This document shows positions 37,566 through 50,061 of a stretch of 64,000 bases of DNA, one piece after another. Position numbers and translations under genes: made by a program. Source of the stretch: Eukaryota sp. TZLM1-RC (taxonomy: Eukaryota; Protista; Metamonada: BaSk clade); contig JAUPSS010000004.1 of assembly GCA_040285825.1 (NCBI GenBank), forward strand, positions 2,398,550 to 2,462,549. The letters run 5' to 3'. Numbering within the stretch: the stretch's first letter is position 1; each line of letters begins with the position of its first letter. The notes beneath the pieces were generated by a model, which did no database searches, was not told the origin of the DNA, and saw only the letters and a program-made list of their open reading frames with translations.

Positions 37566-38898
37566 ATTTTTGTATTATATTGCAATGTACATATTTTTCA
37601 ATATTTTAATGTAAATAAGATTTTTTTCAAGATTTTTATTTATGATGCCACATGTTTATTTATTTCTATTGACTTTTTATATTAATTAAACTTATTGTAA
37701 GATTATCCACATCACCTTAAATTAGAGTTGTAAATAACCAACTGATTCTTGTTTTACATTGAAAATTTTCAACAAGGTTTTTGAATTTTCTATGATTTAA
37801 GTATATTCATTAAAACCATCGTTTTCATATCACAATTTCCGATTTAAGTAGTTATTATTTGTGCATATATTTATTTAAAAAATTGCTGTGGAATTTCAAC
37901 CACTGGTCTCATTGAAAAATAATTATCACGAATTCAAACTGTTGCTGAGTAATGATGATGTGTAGTTTAGTATTAATGTTGAGTGTTTTTAAAAATAAAC
38001 TAATCTCATCTTTGGGGCTCAATAGGGCAACAAAATACCTTTTAAAGTGGAAGTGTTTTAAACACAATCAATCGAAAAGGATTTGATTGACGATCACTTA
38101 TCTATATAATAAACATTTATAGATTTGGTAAATGTTATGTAATTTGATGGTGTTTTAGTAAATTTAGCATTTTCAAATAAATAAAATTCAAACAAATATT
38201 ATTTAATTCAGATGTGCTTAAGACGATTTATTAGTTTGAATACCTGCATTGGGTGGTTGGCAATAAGACTCCAGTTCTCTGAATAATTCTGCTATGAACG
38301 TCTGGCTTCAAAAGTTCCTACTGTTACAGACTTGCTCGTTCCAGAAAGTGATATTTGGTGACAAAGATGGGAAAAGGTTAGGGAAAACAATGAAGAATGT
38401 TTGCAGATAGAGTTGAACTGGATTATGTGTGCGATGTTCATAAATAGTATTTAACATTTAAAAAACTCTAAAAACTCTGGAACTCTCCCCATTTTGTCCC
38501 AAAGTTTTTGAGATCAATGTTTTTACAAACAAAGAAGGTTTAAACTAGAGGAAGAAAAAGAAGCCTATCCTTATGGACAATATGATTTGATATATCAAGC
38601 GAAAGAAAACGGAACTGAATTACCGTCGAACAAATCAGAGGATGCTGCAAAACACATTCCAATAGGAAAAAAAAGACCTTTCATTAGAAATCATCGTCAG
38701 ATGAAAGATTTGGAGATGTTTTTAATGCAACAAAATATTGTCGATATTAAAATAACAGAAATATTGAGGTTTTAAGTAAGTGATTGAATGACTTTAATAT
38801 TTTATGTTGTTCTATGACCGAGTGACAGGTCGCTGACCCAGGTTGGGTCAACTCAACCAGTTAAGAAACAACAATTTTACTGTAGACCATAACTCATA

Positions 38899-40458
38899 AT
38901 GAGTTCACCTCCGACAAAACACCGTCGTCCCTCCGTTCTCCTCCTTTCCAACCTGAGCATAAACCTTCCCAATGAGTATGTACTGGAAGTTTTATCCAAC
39001 TTGCCATTACGTTGTCTTCTGAATGCCTTCACTGTCTCCACTTCTTTTGCTAACATGGCGAACTCTGTCCTCGATGATAGGACTTATCTTGATTTTACAA
39101 AAGAACATCTCTTTTGTACTAATATCCTTTATAAAATTCATAGACTTGTTCCTAATCTGCGATCTGTCTCTATAACTGTACCTGTTCACATCAGCACTAA
39201 AACTGCTTCCGCCCTTGGAGGTCTCTTTGCTACGTGCATCCGTAACCTAAAGTTTGTGAAATCAGTGGAAATTAATGACCAAGAATCCATTTTTACTCGA
39301 TGCTTTATTGACAACTACCCCTCATCAACTCTCAAATGGTTTCACTGTTGCAATCCACACTTGTTTATTAGACCAATAATCCAGGATAATCTTGATGAGA
39401 CTTCCACATTGTCACTTCAAAACTTCATGTTTCCTTCCGACTTTTCAATAGATGCTATACTATCTGTCGTATCGCGAATTGGTTCACTTTTGCAACTTCA
39501 GTGTTCAGCTGAGCAATTGGCTGCTTTAACAACTGACCCGTCACCGTCTGAAATCACACGCAATTTGGAAGTGCTCAAGATCACAGATGGTCAAATTTCA
39601 CCCGCTCTGGCCAAGATAATATCAAACTTTGATGATCTAACTCGTCTTGAAATAATGAAACAGCAGTTTATTCCTTCAGTTCTACTTCACAAGTTCCACT
39701 TCATCACATCATTGGCGGTGGAGAGTATTCCGTGGGATTTTGAGTTTTTTGAAGTTCCAAAGATATCTAAACTGAGGCTGACTGACCTCAACAAATGCTG
39801 TTCCTTAATTGAGTTGGAACAACTGGAGGAGGTTGTGATCCACAACACTTTCGTATATTCTGCTCTTGAAAGCAAAGTCAATCTATCATTACTGGTAAAA
39901 CTAACCATTGATGCTCACGTTTCGGACTCTGTTCTTTCGTTGATATCATCAGAATGTCATGCGTTGAGGGAGATCAGTTTGCGGTTGAATATTGACAATA
40001 CCGCATCAGTGATCCTTGCAGTACTCACTCCTTGTGTGTCCATTGAACTACATGGAAGTCTGCCTGATATCAGCTCTGGGTATGATCACTTTATCTGTAA
40101 AAGAGTAAAAAGATTTGTTTTTGCCAATGAAGGTGATGTTCTTGCAGTGGAGCACTGGTTGAAAGTGATTCCGTTTGTGAAACATCTGGAACTGCAATCG
40201 GTAAACGTAAGTTATGAATCTTTAGTGAAGCTTGAGTATCTCCATGTTCTAACAATGCACATGTGCTCTCTAATTGTTGACGAAAGCACCAGTGTCATTT
40301 GGGAAGGGAGACAGAACATCCATATAGGACAAGACTGTCTTTCTGCTGAGCAACAGTTTGTGACACTCTTCTTTAGGTCGTTGGGTTTGGAATTTTGGTC
40401 ATTCATTTTCAAGGATGCATCTGATAAGCTTGTTCATTTTGACTCGATCCCAAAATAG
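38899..40458 (+). CDS. F-box / LRR-like protein
   Basis: NLPNEYVLEVLSNLPLRCL..VS..F F-box motif followed by degenerate LxxLxL repeats. Confidence 0.75.
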   Translation: MSSPPTKHRRPSVLLLSNLSINLPNEYVLEVLSNLPLRCLLNAFTVSTSFANMANSVLDDRTYLDFTKEHLFCTNILYKIHRLVPNLRSVSITVPVHISTKTASALGGLFATCIRNLKFVKSVEINDQESIFTRCFIDNYPSSTLKWFHCCNPHLFIRPIIQDNLDETSTLSLQNFMFPSDFSIDAILSVVSRIGSLLQLQCSAEQLAALTTDPSPSEITRNLEVLKITDGQISPALAKIISNFDDLTRLEIMKQQFIPSVLLHKFHFITSLAVESIPWDFEFFEVPKISKLRLTDLNKCCSLIELEQLEEVVIHNTFVYSALESKVNLSLLVKLTIDAHVSDSVLSLISSECHALREISLRLNIDNTASVILAVLTPCVSIELHGSLPDISSGYDHFICKRVKRFVFANEGDVLAVEHWLKVIPFVKHLELQSVNVSYESLVKLEYLHVLTMHMCSLIVDESTSVIWEGRQNIHIGQDCLSAEQQFVTLFFRSLGLEFWSFIFKDASDKLVHFDSIPK

Positions 40459-40843
40459 TCCTTTTTCAGTTGGGATAACCCTTACGATTTAACCCTTTAG
40501 CAAAATTGCGTGGCAGTAAAAACACTATATGGTTGTCAGTTTTCCTTATTCAAATAGTAGTGAGCAATACGTAGTAATAGAACATGGACCTAAACAAGAC
40601 AACAGTTCAACAGCTACATCACCGTTGCAACATTAAATGAAACAATATAGTAGAATATTATACATTTGTAGGGGCCCTATCCTTCTTGACTTACAATGTG
40701 TCAGAGAATTAGGTTTAAACAAGACCAATAAAAGGAGATGATTTTGAAAACTACATCAAAGTCTTGGGACATTATCTGGTGGATAATCTAATCAACATTA
40801 ACTTACACATTTGTTTAAACATCACTAACAACTAAGATTATTG

Positions 40844-41222
40844 TAGGACTGTTCAAGGTTCAGGTTCGGTTCAGGTTCATAAATTTTGAGGTTTTGTCTT
40901 TTGTTGAAATTATAATAATAACTCGTTGTACATTCTTCTTTGCTGGTGAAAAATATAATACGAGCACATAAAATCCAAAGGATGAAAGCCAACTGAGGCT
41001 TTAGTAAGCCTGAAATCTTGGAGAAAGTATTTTGGTGAAAAACAATAATGTAATTCAGTAGTTGGATACTTAGGTTATAAATTATTTATTGGTATTTGTT
41101 GAATGAACGAGTGAATATGAAAAAAATTGAATCATTAAAGCTTTATTAATTTATAGGTTCGGTTCAGGTTCAAAGGTCAGTAGGTTCGGTTTTTGAACTG
41201 AACCGAACATTGAACAGTCCTA
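40844..41222. mobile_element. hAT-type MITE
   Basis: TIRs TAGGACTGTTCAA / TTGAACAGTCCTA; subterminal GGTTC(A/G) repeats; flanks GATTATTG / CAATATTG (6/8 match, degenerate TSD). Confidence 0.8.
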
Positions 41223-41228
41223 CAATAT

Positions 41229-41430
41229 TGTAAAGTTCTATCAAAATACATTTGTGGCTTTTGATCAAATTTTGCAATTTTAATAGACGATAGACATACT
41301 TTAATCACTAAACGATATCACGATCAAATGACAGTTGAAACAATAACATTACAATACGCGTACTGGTATGTAATACATAAAAAACACTAAAGCCTCAGAA
41401 AAAACTCCGGTCTTTCATAATAGAAAAGTT
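41229..41430 (-). mobile_element. Diverged Fanzor family A right end (omegaRNA region)
   Basis: Aligns by eye with 50062-50270 (TTCTATCAAAA..TGGCTTTTGA..GATATCACGATCAAATGA..ACAATACGCGTAC). Confidence 0.8.
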
Positions 41431-41949
41431 CGCTAACCGCTTTGATAATCATGTATCGACTGAGTAAGAATGTTGATGATGATGAACCTATTACCTTGGA
41501 ATGGGACCTTTACTAACTAAATAAATTTAGCGATGATGAAGTTATCTTGTAACCCCATCAAGTTGATTGTCTTTTGGTAAATAAATTTCATAAGTTTTAG
41601 TTTTTCAGTTTATCGAAACAGTGTTGTGGTGGTGGATAATACGTTGATTTTTTTCACTTCGTCAACCACCACAGCTGTCTCTTCAGGTTCTTCTGCGTTT
41701 AAATGTTGATAGTAATAACATCTTTAATACCTTAGTATAATAAACAATTATATTTTCCATCGTGTCCTCCCACATATTTAACACAATTAGTGCAAAACAA
41801 CAAATTCTTTGTTGAGATTTTTAGGGATTTCAGGATTTCTGCCACACAAAGTGTAAATTTTCATGACCCTATGTCAAAACTACTGATTGTCATGACGTCA
41901 TGACGTTATGTCCAGGCGTTGTTAATATGTAGTGAATCAATGTCAATGA

Positions 41950-43580
41950 ATAGAAACACCAGATGAATTATTGAGGAATATCTGGTTTCGCTCGCCTTAT
42001 CTGTAAAGCAAAACTTTCGAAAATTGTTGAATGAAATTCTGGATCTGTACTTCTGTCATACCCGTCTAAATGAAGGTTATTCAACTGTTGTCCCCAAAAA
42101 TTTTTTTTACATCCAAATTGAAACTTATTTTTACCTAATTTAGATAAAATTCAAAGAGTGAACTACTTTTTAAGGGTCGACCCACTAGAATACCTGATTT
42201 CATGTTTGTTTAAAGGAAATTGATTTTTTGAAAAATAATTCCTTCACAAATAATGAACATTTTAAGTATAATTTTTTTCCACTTCAAACCACTGAAATAC
42301 CTGGGCATGCTTTTTGGGATACCCAAGCAAGTTACAGAACTTTAATCCCAGATGAATCAAATTACCCGAAAAATTCGGAAGTGCTACTGGGTGGAAATTT
42401 AGAAAAATTCCAACATCAACAATGGAAATGGATGATGTGGACAGGTAAAAGTGTTTTCCATAAGAAAGATTACTGTTTTAATTTTTCTATGAGGACTCTT
42501 GGTGTAAGTTGCTCATTACATCTCATAAGAACAGATATAGCTGGGAAGAGTCGCCTTTAGAAGCCCGAACAAGATGGAAAAGATCCATACGTGACTGATC
42601 TTCCACGAAATGAGCTGATAAAAATAGCTTCACAGTAATTGACCCTGGCATTAGGGACCAATTGATGGCTGGGAAACGAATATTAAATTGCCCAAATCCC
42701 AACAGGTTAACTGAACCACACTCAACCCCAACAGATTCAAGATCAGAATGGGACGAATGGTGTCATGAAGAAAACAAAGGAAGAAATAGAGGTTTAATTT
42801 ACAGAATGGAAAATAACAAAAAAGACAAAACAAAAGATTCTAGACTTTGGCCCAAAACAAAATCCTCCTGCAAATGAAAACAAGAAAACAAAATATAGGG
42901 AAAATACTTTCAGAAGGATCACTGCTTCTCAAAGAAGAGCAGAAATTCTGAACAAAGACCATCAAAAATTCTAAAAGGATGGCAAAGAATCATGGACTAT
43001 TCAAAACAAAACTGTAAAGGAACAGGAAGAAGAATTAAAACAAACTTCAAAGAAAACTCTAGAACATGAAGAATTCCTAAACTAGGCAAAAAACAACTTT
43101 TCGCTCCATGTTGGAGTTTTTTACTTTAATAAAGAATTAAGAGTCATGAAGCTGCGAAGATGCATGGTCTCAGAGAGGTTTGAAGCAAAATGGATGAATG
43201 AATTTGAAAAGTAGTTTGGAGGTCCTGAAGATAACATTGCAGTGATGGGTGATTGGGAGCACACCAATTTTAAACATCAAGCACCTACCAAAAATGTTGG
43301 TTATCGAGAGATGTTTAAAAAACGCAAATTCCGTCTATTGCTACTGGATGAATATAGAACAAGTTGACGATGTCATGCAAGTGTACTCGAGGGAAAAGAA
43401 GGTGAAAATGTAAAGAAGCATCGAGTACCTAATTCAAGACTCCAATGGTCCTACGACATGGATTACTCACTTGCAAGAAGTGTGGATGTCTATGGAATCG
43501 TAATGTCAAAGCTGTTCTTAATATGATTTATTTTGTGTCAGTCTCTTAATATGAAAGTCCTCAAGTTTTAAAACACCTTA
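41950..43580 (+). mobile_element. Decayed Fanzor gene, family D
   Basis: FFPLQTTEIPGH..DT, FSMRTLGVSCSLHL, VIDPG (~42636-42650), MGDW..PTK.VGYR, LLDEYRTS, HGLLTCKKCGCLWNRNVKAVLNM; many stops. Confidence 0.85.
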
Positions 43581-43584
43581 TATT

Positions 43585-44570
43585 TATTCAACAACGAATA
43601 TGAAAACATAAAATACACAATTAAAACTCCACATCCTCAAAACCTGCCTCCCCTACATCAAAGCAATTAATTGCCAAAGATTCAGAAAATTTCCCAAAAG
43701 AAGACAGTGAATCAGAAATCAGTTTACCATTCCCTTAAAAATAGAAAATACAATCCTGTTTTGCCAGTAAACACGATTGAAAATTCTTCCAGTTCTTTCC
43801 TTTACAACTACAACAAAATCCTCAAGAAAAGCCATAGCAGCCTTACCCAAAGATCCAAGCCAAGAAAATACAAAGGGACATAAGTTATATTGGGCATGAG
43901 AATTTTCATTAATCGAGGAAATGGGTTTCGCATATTTAGCAATTTTATATTTTTCCCCTGCAAGAAGAGGATTATTTACATCCGAGTTAATGAGATGTTC
44001 GTTAGAGGAATTACAAGGGTCAATAGACATGGCGTCTAAAATAGTAAAACTACCATTTAACCCGGGAACAACTAGACCACCTCTTGTCAGACCCATAAAA
44101 GCTCTGTTGTAACGCGTACTTTCAATATTGGGATCATCAAGAATTATTTTGATAACAGCGGTTCTAAAAAGGAATCTACTCGATATGATTTGCACATTAC
44201 ATAAATTTGGTCCCTGACGTTATTATGCACTTGCTTCTAAATGTATTGAAATGTTTACAGTTCAAAAGATGAGTAAACAAAAGAGGTTTACCACATTTAC
44301 AAGTTAAATGATTGGGCAAATTGTTTGGCCACAGAAAACAACGAAAACGCATGTTTAAAAGCCATTCATTGTTTTTTAACAAAAGTCCATAAACAGAGGG
44401 AATTTGAGTTACTAAAGCAGCAGCAGAGCTATCACGAATATCCTTTAAAAAATTACCGAAAGCGGGATTTTTAGTTTTGGGCAAGCCAAGTCTTACTTCA
44501 TAATCCAAGCCTTCATATAATTTAACCAGATGGTGCTGAAGCTTTTTCATGCAAAAACGTAAATTTGGAA
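43585..44570 (-). mobile_element. CRE-like 3' fragment (CCHC + RLE)
   Basis: TCKCGK..HLLNC, RGGLVVPG..D, CPFVFSWLGSLG..YWQNRIVFSIFK. Confidence 0.85.
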
Positions 44571-44694
44571 GTGATCGGGACCCGCCCGATCATCGGGTGG
44601 GTCCTCAAGTTCTCAAGTTGAAAAGATTTTGATTTATTTCATCTTCATAATCTCAACCGGTTACTACTATTTGACATTTTTGTGCTGCTAACCG

Positions 44695-46786
44695 ATGTCT
44701 TTTCCGGTTTTTCTTCTTCTTCTCACAACTGCTTCAGCCAGTCTCAGTTGGAATCTCTGGGGCAGTCAGTCGAATCAGCTTTCCTTTTCCAATATCTCAT
44801 CACTAGCTTCAAGTCCCGATGCAATGTCAGCTGGAGTCATTCATTTTCCGGAGGCCGACTGTGATTCCATTGTCTTGTCCTGGCTCGATAATGGGAGGAT
44901 CAATTACCGAATATTTTATTGCTACTTCAAATATGGTGCTTTCCTCTCGAGCTCAACAGGGTTTACACCTTTTTACGCTATGATGGAGCAGCAGCATAGT
45001 TTTTCTTATAATGTTCCAACACAAAATCCAACTATTAGTGGCAAGAGATTCACCCCAGTTAATACTAGAGGTTCTCATTATAGCACTGCTGTCAGTCAGG
45101 ACTCTAATTCCATGGTTTTTGGAGTTAACCATTGTTTCTCTCTCCATTCAGATCCTTATGATGCCGAAGGTTGCCACAAAACCTTTCCTCCTGTAGGCGG
45201 TGTCTCTGTTAAGTGTGATAACACTTCATTTGATGTTGACAGAGACGTTCGTGGAATGTGCAGGTTCAGGATGTACAGAGTACCCAATGAAAACCTCCAC
45301 GAACCACTTGTAGGAGCTCCCAACTCTGTTTCCGGTAATACCATTCGTTCTGTGAACAATATTTACCATGAAACTGATATTCCTGAAGCCGATGAGTCTT
45401 CCAACCATGCTAATGCAGCGTTGGTTGGCGTTAATCACGTAGTAGGCTCAGTGATGGCAATGAAAGATCTTACAGGAAATGCGATACTCGACGTCGTTTA
45501 TGGTGCAGTTTATAGAAGAGCCACGAATAAATGGGGCTACACTAGTGGGATTGAAAGAGCATGTTGTCAAAACTCTCATGGTATTGATTCCTCTGCTGAT
45601 GGTGCTGATGCCAATGCAATTTTCGAGAACTGGCGAAGTATTCAAGTTCCTAACGGTTTGTCTAGTTCTTTGAATAACATTAATGGAGGTTGGATGATTG
45701 TAAACAACCGTATTTTGCCTGATGGATCTTGGAACCGTCCTGCCAGGGTTTGGTTTTCTCCTTCTTATTCTAGGGTTGGCTGGATCCTGATGGCTATGGG
45801 TCTACGTCTGTTGACATTGAATTTGAGTTTGTTTCATCCCTACTGCTTACATTAGATGGGGTATTGACTCTGAAAATCATGGACGTTTTAACCACGGAGA
45901 GTATGTCTTTAGTTGTTTTCCTTTGATTTTAGAGCTGGTTTTTTCTTTGGGGTAACTGATGATTGTAATTACTACGTTTATGTAATGTCCAACCACGATC
46001 TCTGTGGTAACATTAGATTAAACGATGGTGAAGGTCTTATCAAAGTAACCAATTGTAATCGTAACATTGTACGCGAACGAGGAGGCTTTCCACGATTCCA
46101 CGCAGGCCAAAACCATCATTTCGAAATCACCCTGAGTGAGCAAGGTCAGATCAGAATTTATCGAGATGGAAGCTTGAGGATCTCTGAAAATGATAACAAT
46201 CCTCATCAAGGTAGCTATGGCTTTTATATTTGGGTATGAATAGCTTTTAGTCTTATTTCAGGATCAGGATGGTGCTTATTTTGATAACATTAAGATTAAT
46301 GCTGAAACAATCTCTGGAGAACAGCCAGTTTCAAAGGATCCTACAGGCTACTCTAGCAGCCCTTTGAGTTGTTGGCTTAATTTGAGAGTTTTCAGGTTCA
46401 GCAACTTGGCTTATTCTTCTGGAACGCACAGCGGATCCATTCAAACCACTTTTCCCTGCTCCAACACCAACAGCCATCGTCATTCTTGTTCTGCTAGCTG
46501 GGTCAATCTGGATACCAACTCCAAGCCAGATTTACTGGTTCATTGTGCGGTGGGTTCCAATGATCACTACAAGGTTGCTTATAATTGGGATGGTAATGGT
46601 CCTTCTAGCTGGGGTTCTTTTTCCAGGGGTTCTATCAATCATTCCAATTCAAATACCAAATTAACAGTATTGGATATACCATTCAATGACAAGTCTCCTG
46701 CCACCGTTTCCCCTCATAGAATACCTCCTGTTATGATGATTACTCATGTTAATGGAGTTCTTAGATATAGACATTTGTTGAGATGA
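44695..46786 (+). CDS. Secreted protein with beta-rich (lectin/concanavalin-like) region; introns 45748-45773, 45827-45855, 45901-45932, 46234-46261
   Basis: Signal peptide MSFPVFLLLLTTASA; four 26-32 nt introns join the 44695, 45913 and 46364 ORFs in frame; GSYGFYIW..AYFDNIKI. Confidence 0.8.
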
Positions 46787-47494
46787 TGATTTTTATTGTA
46801 AATATTGCTTTTTAAAAATATATGCTACTATTCTTAAATAGTACATTCAGTACATAATCATGAACATGCATGCAGAATATTTCAAATTGTAGGAATAATG
46901 ATAACTAGTTGAAATCTGAGGAGGAATTATATATAACTAGTCCCATGCCTTGGACTGAGGGACTATCAAAAAACCGATGTTAAGATGAAAAGTGGTTGTC
47001 ATCTTGAACAGTGACAGCTTTGTTGAAGAACAATGGGGGTTATTGCTAACCTACATCTTTCCAACATATGACTATAAAGAGACTGGTGTTGACACGGTTG
47101 AGGGTAATGGTGATTGGTGTTTAGTGATTACTCCTGAAAACTGTCACATCAACATTCTTCATATATGTGTTAAGAGAGGGCAATTGTCTGATATCATGGT
47201 GGACATATTTATATATACGGTGGTAATGTGGTCCTTAACCATTGGGTTAACAAGGGACAATTATGGGAGACGTTTGGCTTGTTTTTGACCTGCAGTCGGT
47301 CAAATGTCCTGACGATTTGGGTGATGTTTCTACAAGTACTTCTATAATTCACTATCCAGCTCTCTCCAATTGCATTGTACACTGAAGTCCCTTCGACTTT
47401 TGTGATGTCGACACAATATCGCGTGTGATCACGTTTAGGTTATTCTCATTCAAAATACTTTTGCAGCCCTCACTTTTTCCTACCTCTTTCTACA

Positions 47495-49068
47495 ATGTCA
47501 AGAGTTGCTAACTGTTTACCCAAACCATGGCGGTTCGCTAAATGGGGACTAATCATCCTTCTCATTCTCGGAATTGTTCACCTGTCGATGGTTGAGTATA
47601 TCTATAAGCAGAACTCTGACAAGGTGTTCTGGGCTGTCTTCTCTGCTGTTGCCGGTTGGGTTGCATGCTTCCTCATTGTCGCTCAAGTTGGACTTGGTAC
47701 CAGAAATAAGCTCATGGACAGCATTATTGGCCTTGACAAAATGTGGTTTTTGCACAGATGGATTCCCGTTGTTATTATCCTCCTTGTCATTTCCCACGGG
47801 TATACCCGTTCTGTCGGACGTGGAGTTGTATGTTTTATTTTTGATTCATTTAACATTAGGAAGACGTTGGTGAAATGATTGAAGGAGTCTTTGTTATTAC
47901 TCCTGCTGACCCTGGCCACCCTCGCTACCAGAACCAGCTCAATAAGATTAATGGTCAAATGAGCATGTACTCTATGATTATTCTTTCCACCGTTGCTTAT
48001 TTGCGTAGACTTCCTGGCCGTGGCCGTTGCGGAAAGGCCAAAGGTCTCATTCCTTGGTTCATTTGGCGACCCTTGCACTTTGGTTTCTACTATTCCTTAA
48101 TTAGCATGTTCCATCATGTTCGTTCGTCTGCTACTGAAATAATTCCTACTGCTGCTGACCGTTCCCCTCTCCCCTTCAATGATAGACTCACCTGGGCTGG
48201 TGATAGATTGACTGTTTATTATGCTCTCATTTTCTTCACCTTTTACTTTGGTTCCAAGAGATTTTTGGATTTCTTTACCAAAATGAAACAGGGTAAATAT
48301 TATGTTGTCAATTCAGTTGAAGTTATCTCTGAACGAGTTACCAGAGTTCGTCTGTCTCCTTCTGACGGAAATATTGGTAATGCCAAGTTTGAAGCTGGAT
48401 CCTTTGTTATCCTCAATAGGCCCTCTAACAATTTGTTTACTCAAACTCCTCATCCGTTGTCTGTAGCATCCAAACCTAATTCTGATGTCATTGAGCTTGT
48501 TATTGGTGCTGGTGCTAACATTGCCAGGGAAGCCAAGGAATGGAAGAAGGGAATGTTAATCAAGCTTGACGGTCACTTTGGTCACTTTTCCCGTAATTTA
48601 CGACTTTACAATGATGTTGCTCTTCTTGCTGGTGGTGTTGGTATGGCCCCAATCCTCAGCATTCTTCGATTCATTGAAGAAATTGCTAAAACCAACAAGG
48701 AACAAGGAACTGAAATCCCAATCCCTAATGTTGGATTAGTTTTAGGTGTCCGCTGTCCTGAAGAACTCAAGCCAGTCACTGAAATTACTGAAAGTTTGTT
48801 GACCCTGTCAGAAGAAGGCTACTTGAAGTTCACACCCAAGCTCCTCATCGATGCTGTTGACAATGATGAAAAGATTCCTGAACGTCTTCGTTCATTGTAT
48901 AGAACAGGATTCATTGTAAGAGCTGATATCGAAGCCACTGCTCCCGCTAATTCAGGAGCTTTTATCTGTGGACCTGCTCCTTTTGTTTCTATTGTGAAGA
49001 AGCACCTGAAGTCCCTTAATGTTAAGTCTTCTAACATTAATGTTTACAATGAAAACTTTTTAATGTAG
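47495..49068 (+). CDS. Ferric reductase-like transmembrane protein with FAD- and NAD(P)H-binding domains (intron 47828-47859)
   Basis: Heme His motifs LHRW..SH and WRPLH..HH; PHPLSVAS; LDGHFGHF; LLAGGVGMAPILS; FICGP; ENF. Confidence 0.88.
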
Positions 49069-49442
49069 TATATTTTAGTTTTTTGACTTTATAAACTCTG
49101 AAGTTAATAATTTTTTAGTTATGATTTCATCAGCAGTATTTGTTTGGAGCTAATGCAACAAATGCTACCGGAATAAAAATAGTGAGCTAAAAATGTATCT
49201 AATAGATACTATCTATTGTAATTGTGGAACTTTTCAATCTCATTCTTTCTATTGAAAGCAGCTTAGTTTTTAAAAAAAATAGTCAACATAAACATCAAAG
49301 AATAAACTAAAGTTTGTCTGGTTGCAAAAAGTAAAATACACCTTGCCAATAACAAAATATAATTTTCAATTTATTGAAACAGACCCAATAGTTAGGAAAA
49401 AGAAACGGTGTAAAAACTAGAAATAAACTAAAACTAAAACGA

Positions 49443-50044
49443 TCAATTGTGTGTAAAATTCTTGAGTTTGTTATAGACTTTTGTAGCATTTGATCCCAAT
49501 ATCAACGAACAAAGAGAATGTCTTGCAGCATTGATATTCTCATAAGTGCCCAAAATATGTATCTTTGAATCCTGTAGCACTATTCTGGTTCGGGTTGCAT
49601 TCTCAATGGTGAACTTTGTCTTGCCTCCTTTTCCAGCAATTCTGCCTATGCATCGAGCAAGATTTTCGCCTTCGAGACGCTTGACATCTTGAATGTTGAA
49701 ACTCTCAATGAAAAGGTCTTCCATACGGATGAGTGCTATGGCATCGTTGATTTCAAAGCCAAGAGCAAACGCACGGACAAAGTCTTCTGCTTTCTGTAGG
49801 GCTAAAGGATCTTGAGTAAGTTCACATGTCTTGAGTTAAGAACAAGTATTAGACAAACCCGTATATCCACGGATCGCTTTTTGAGATTCATACGGACTTG
49901 TAGCTTTAGATGATTGACGAGAGGTGTGTAAATATCCATCCAGCTGTTTTTAAGAGGAGTGTATCGATGACTTGGGATAGGGACTGAGCGTGTTTCGATA
50001 GGAGCTATTGGTGCATCAGCTGCTGGTTCCATGGGTGCATCCAT
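49443..50044 (-). CDS. PNO1: Pre-rRNA processing KH protein PNO1/Dim2 (intron 49830-49858)
   Basis: [29 protein letters not shown]; [25 protein letters not shown]. Confidence 0.96.
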
Positions 50045-50061
50045 GATGATTACTATTGTAG

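Noticed and set aside
40851-41215. GGTTCA/GGTTCG short repeats as a CRISPR array or telomere
   Set aside because: They are subterminal repeats inside a TIR-bounded MITE; no regular spacers
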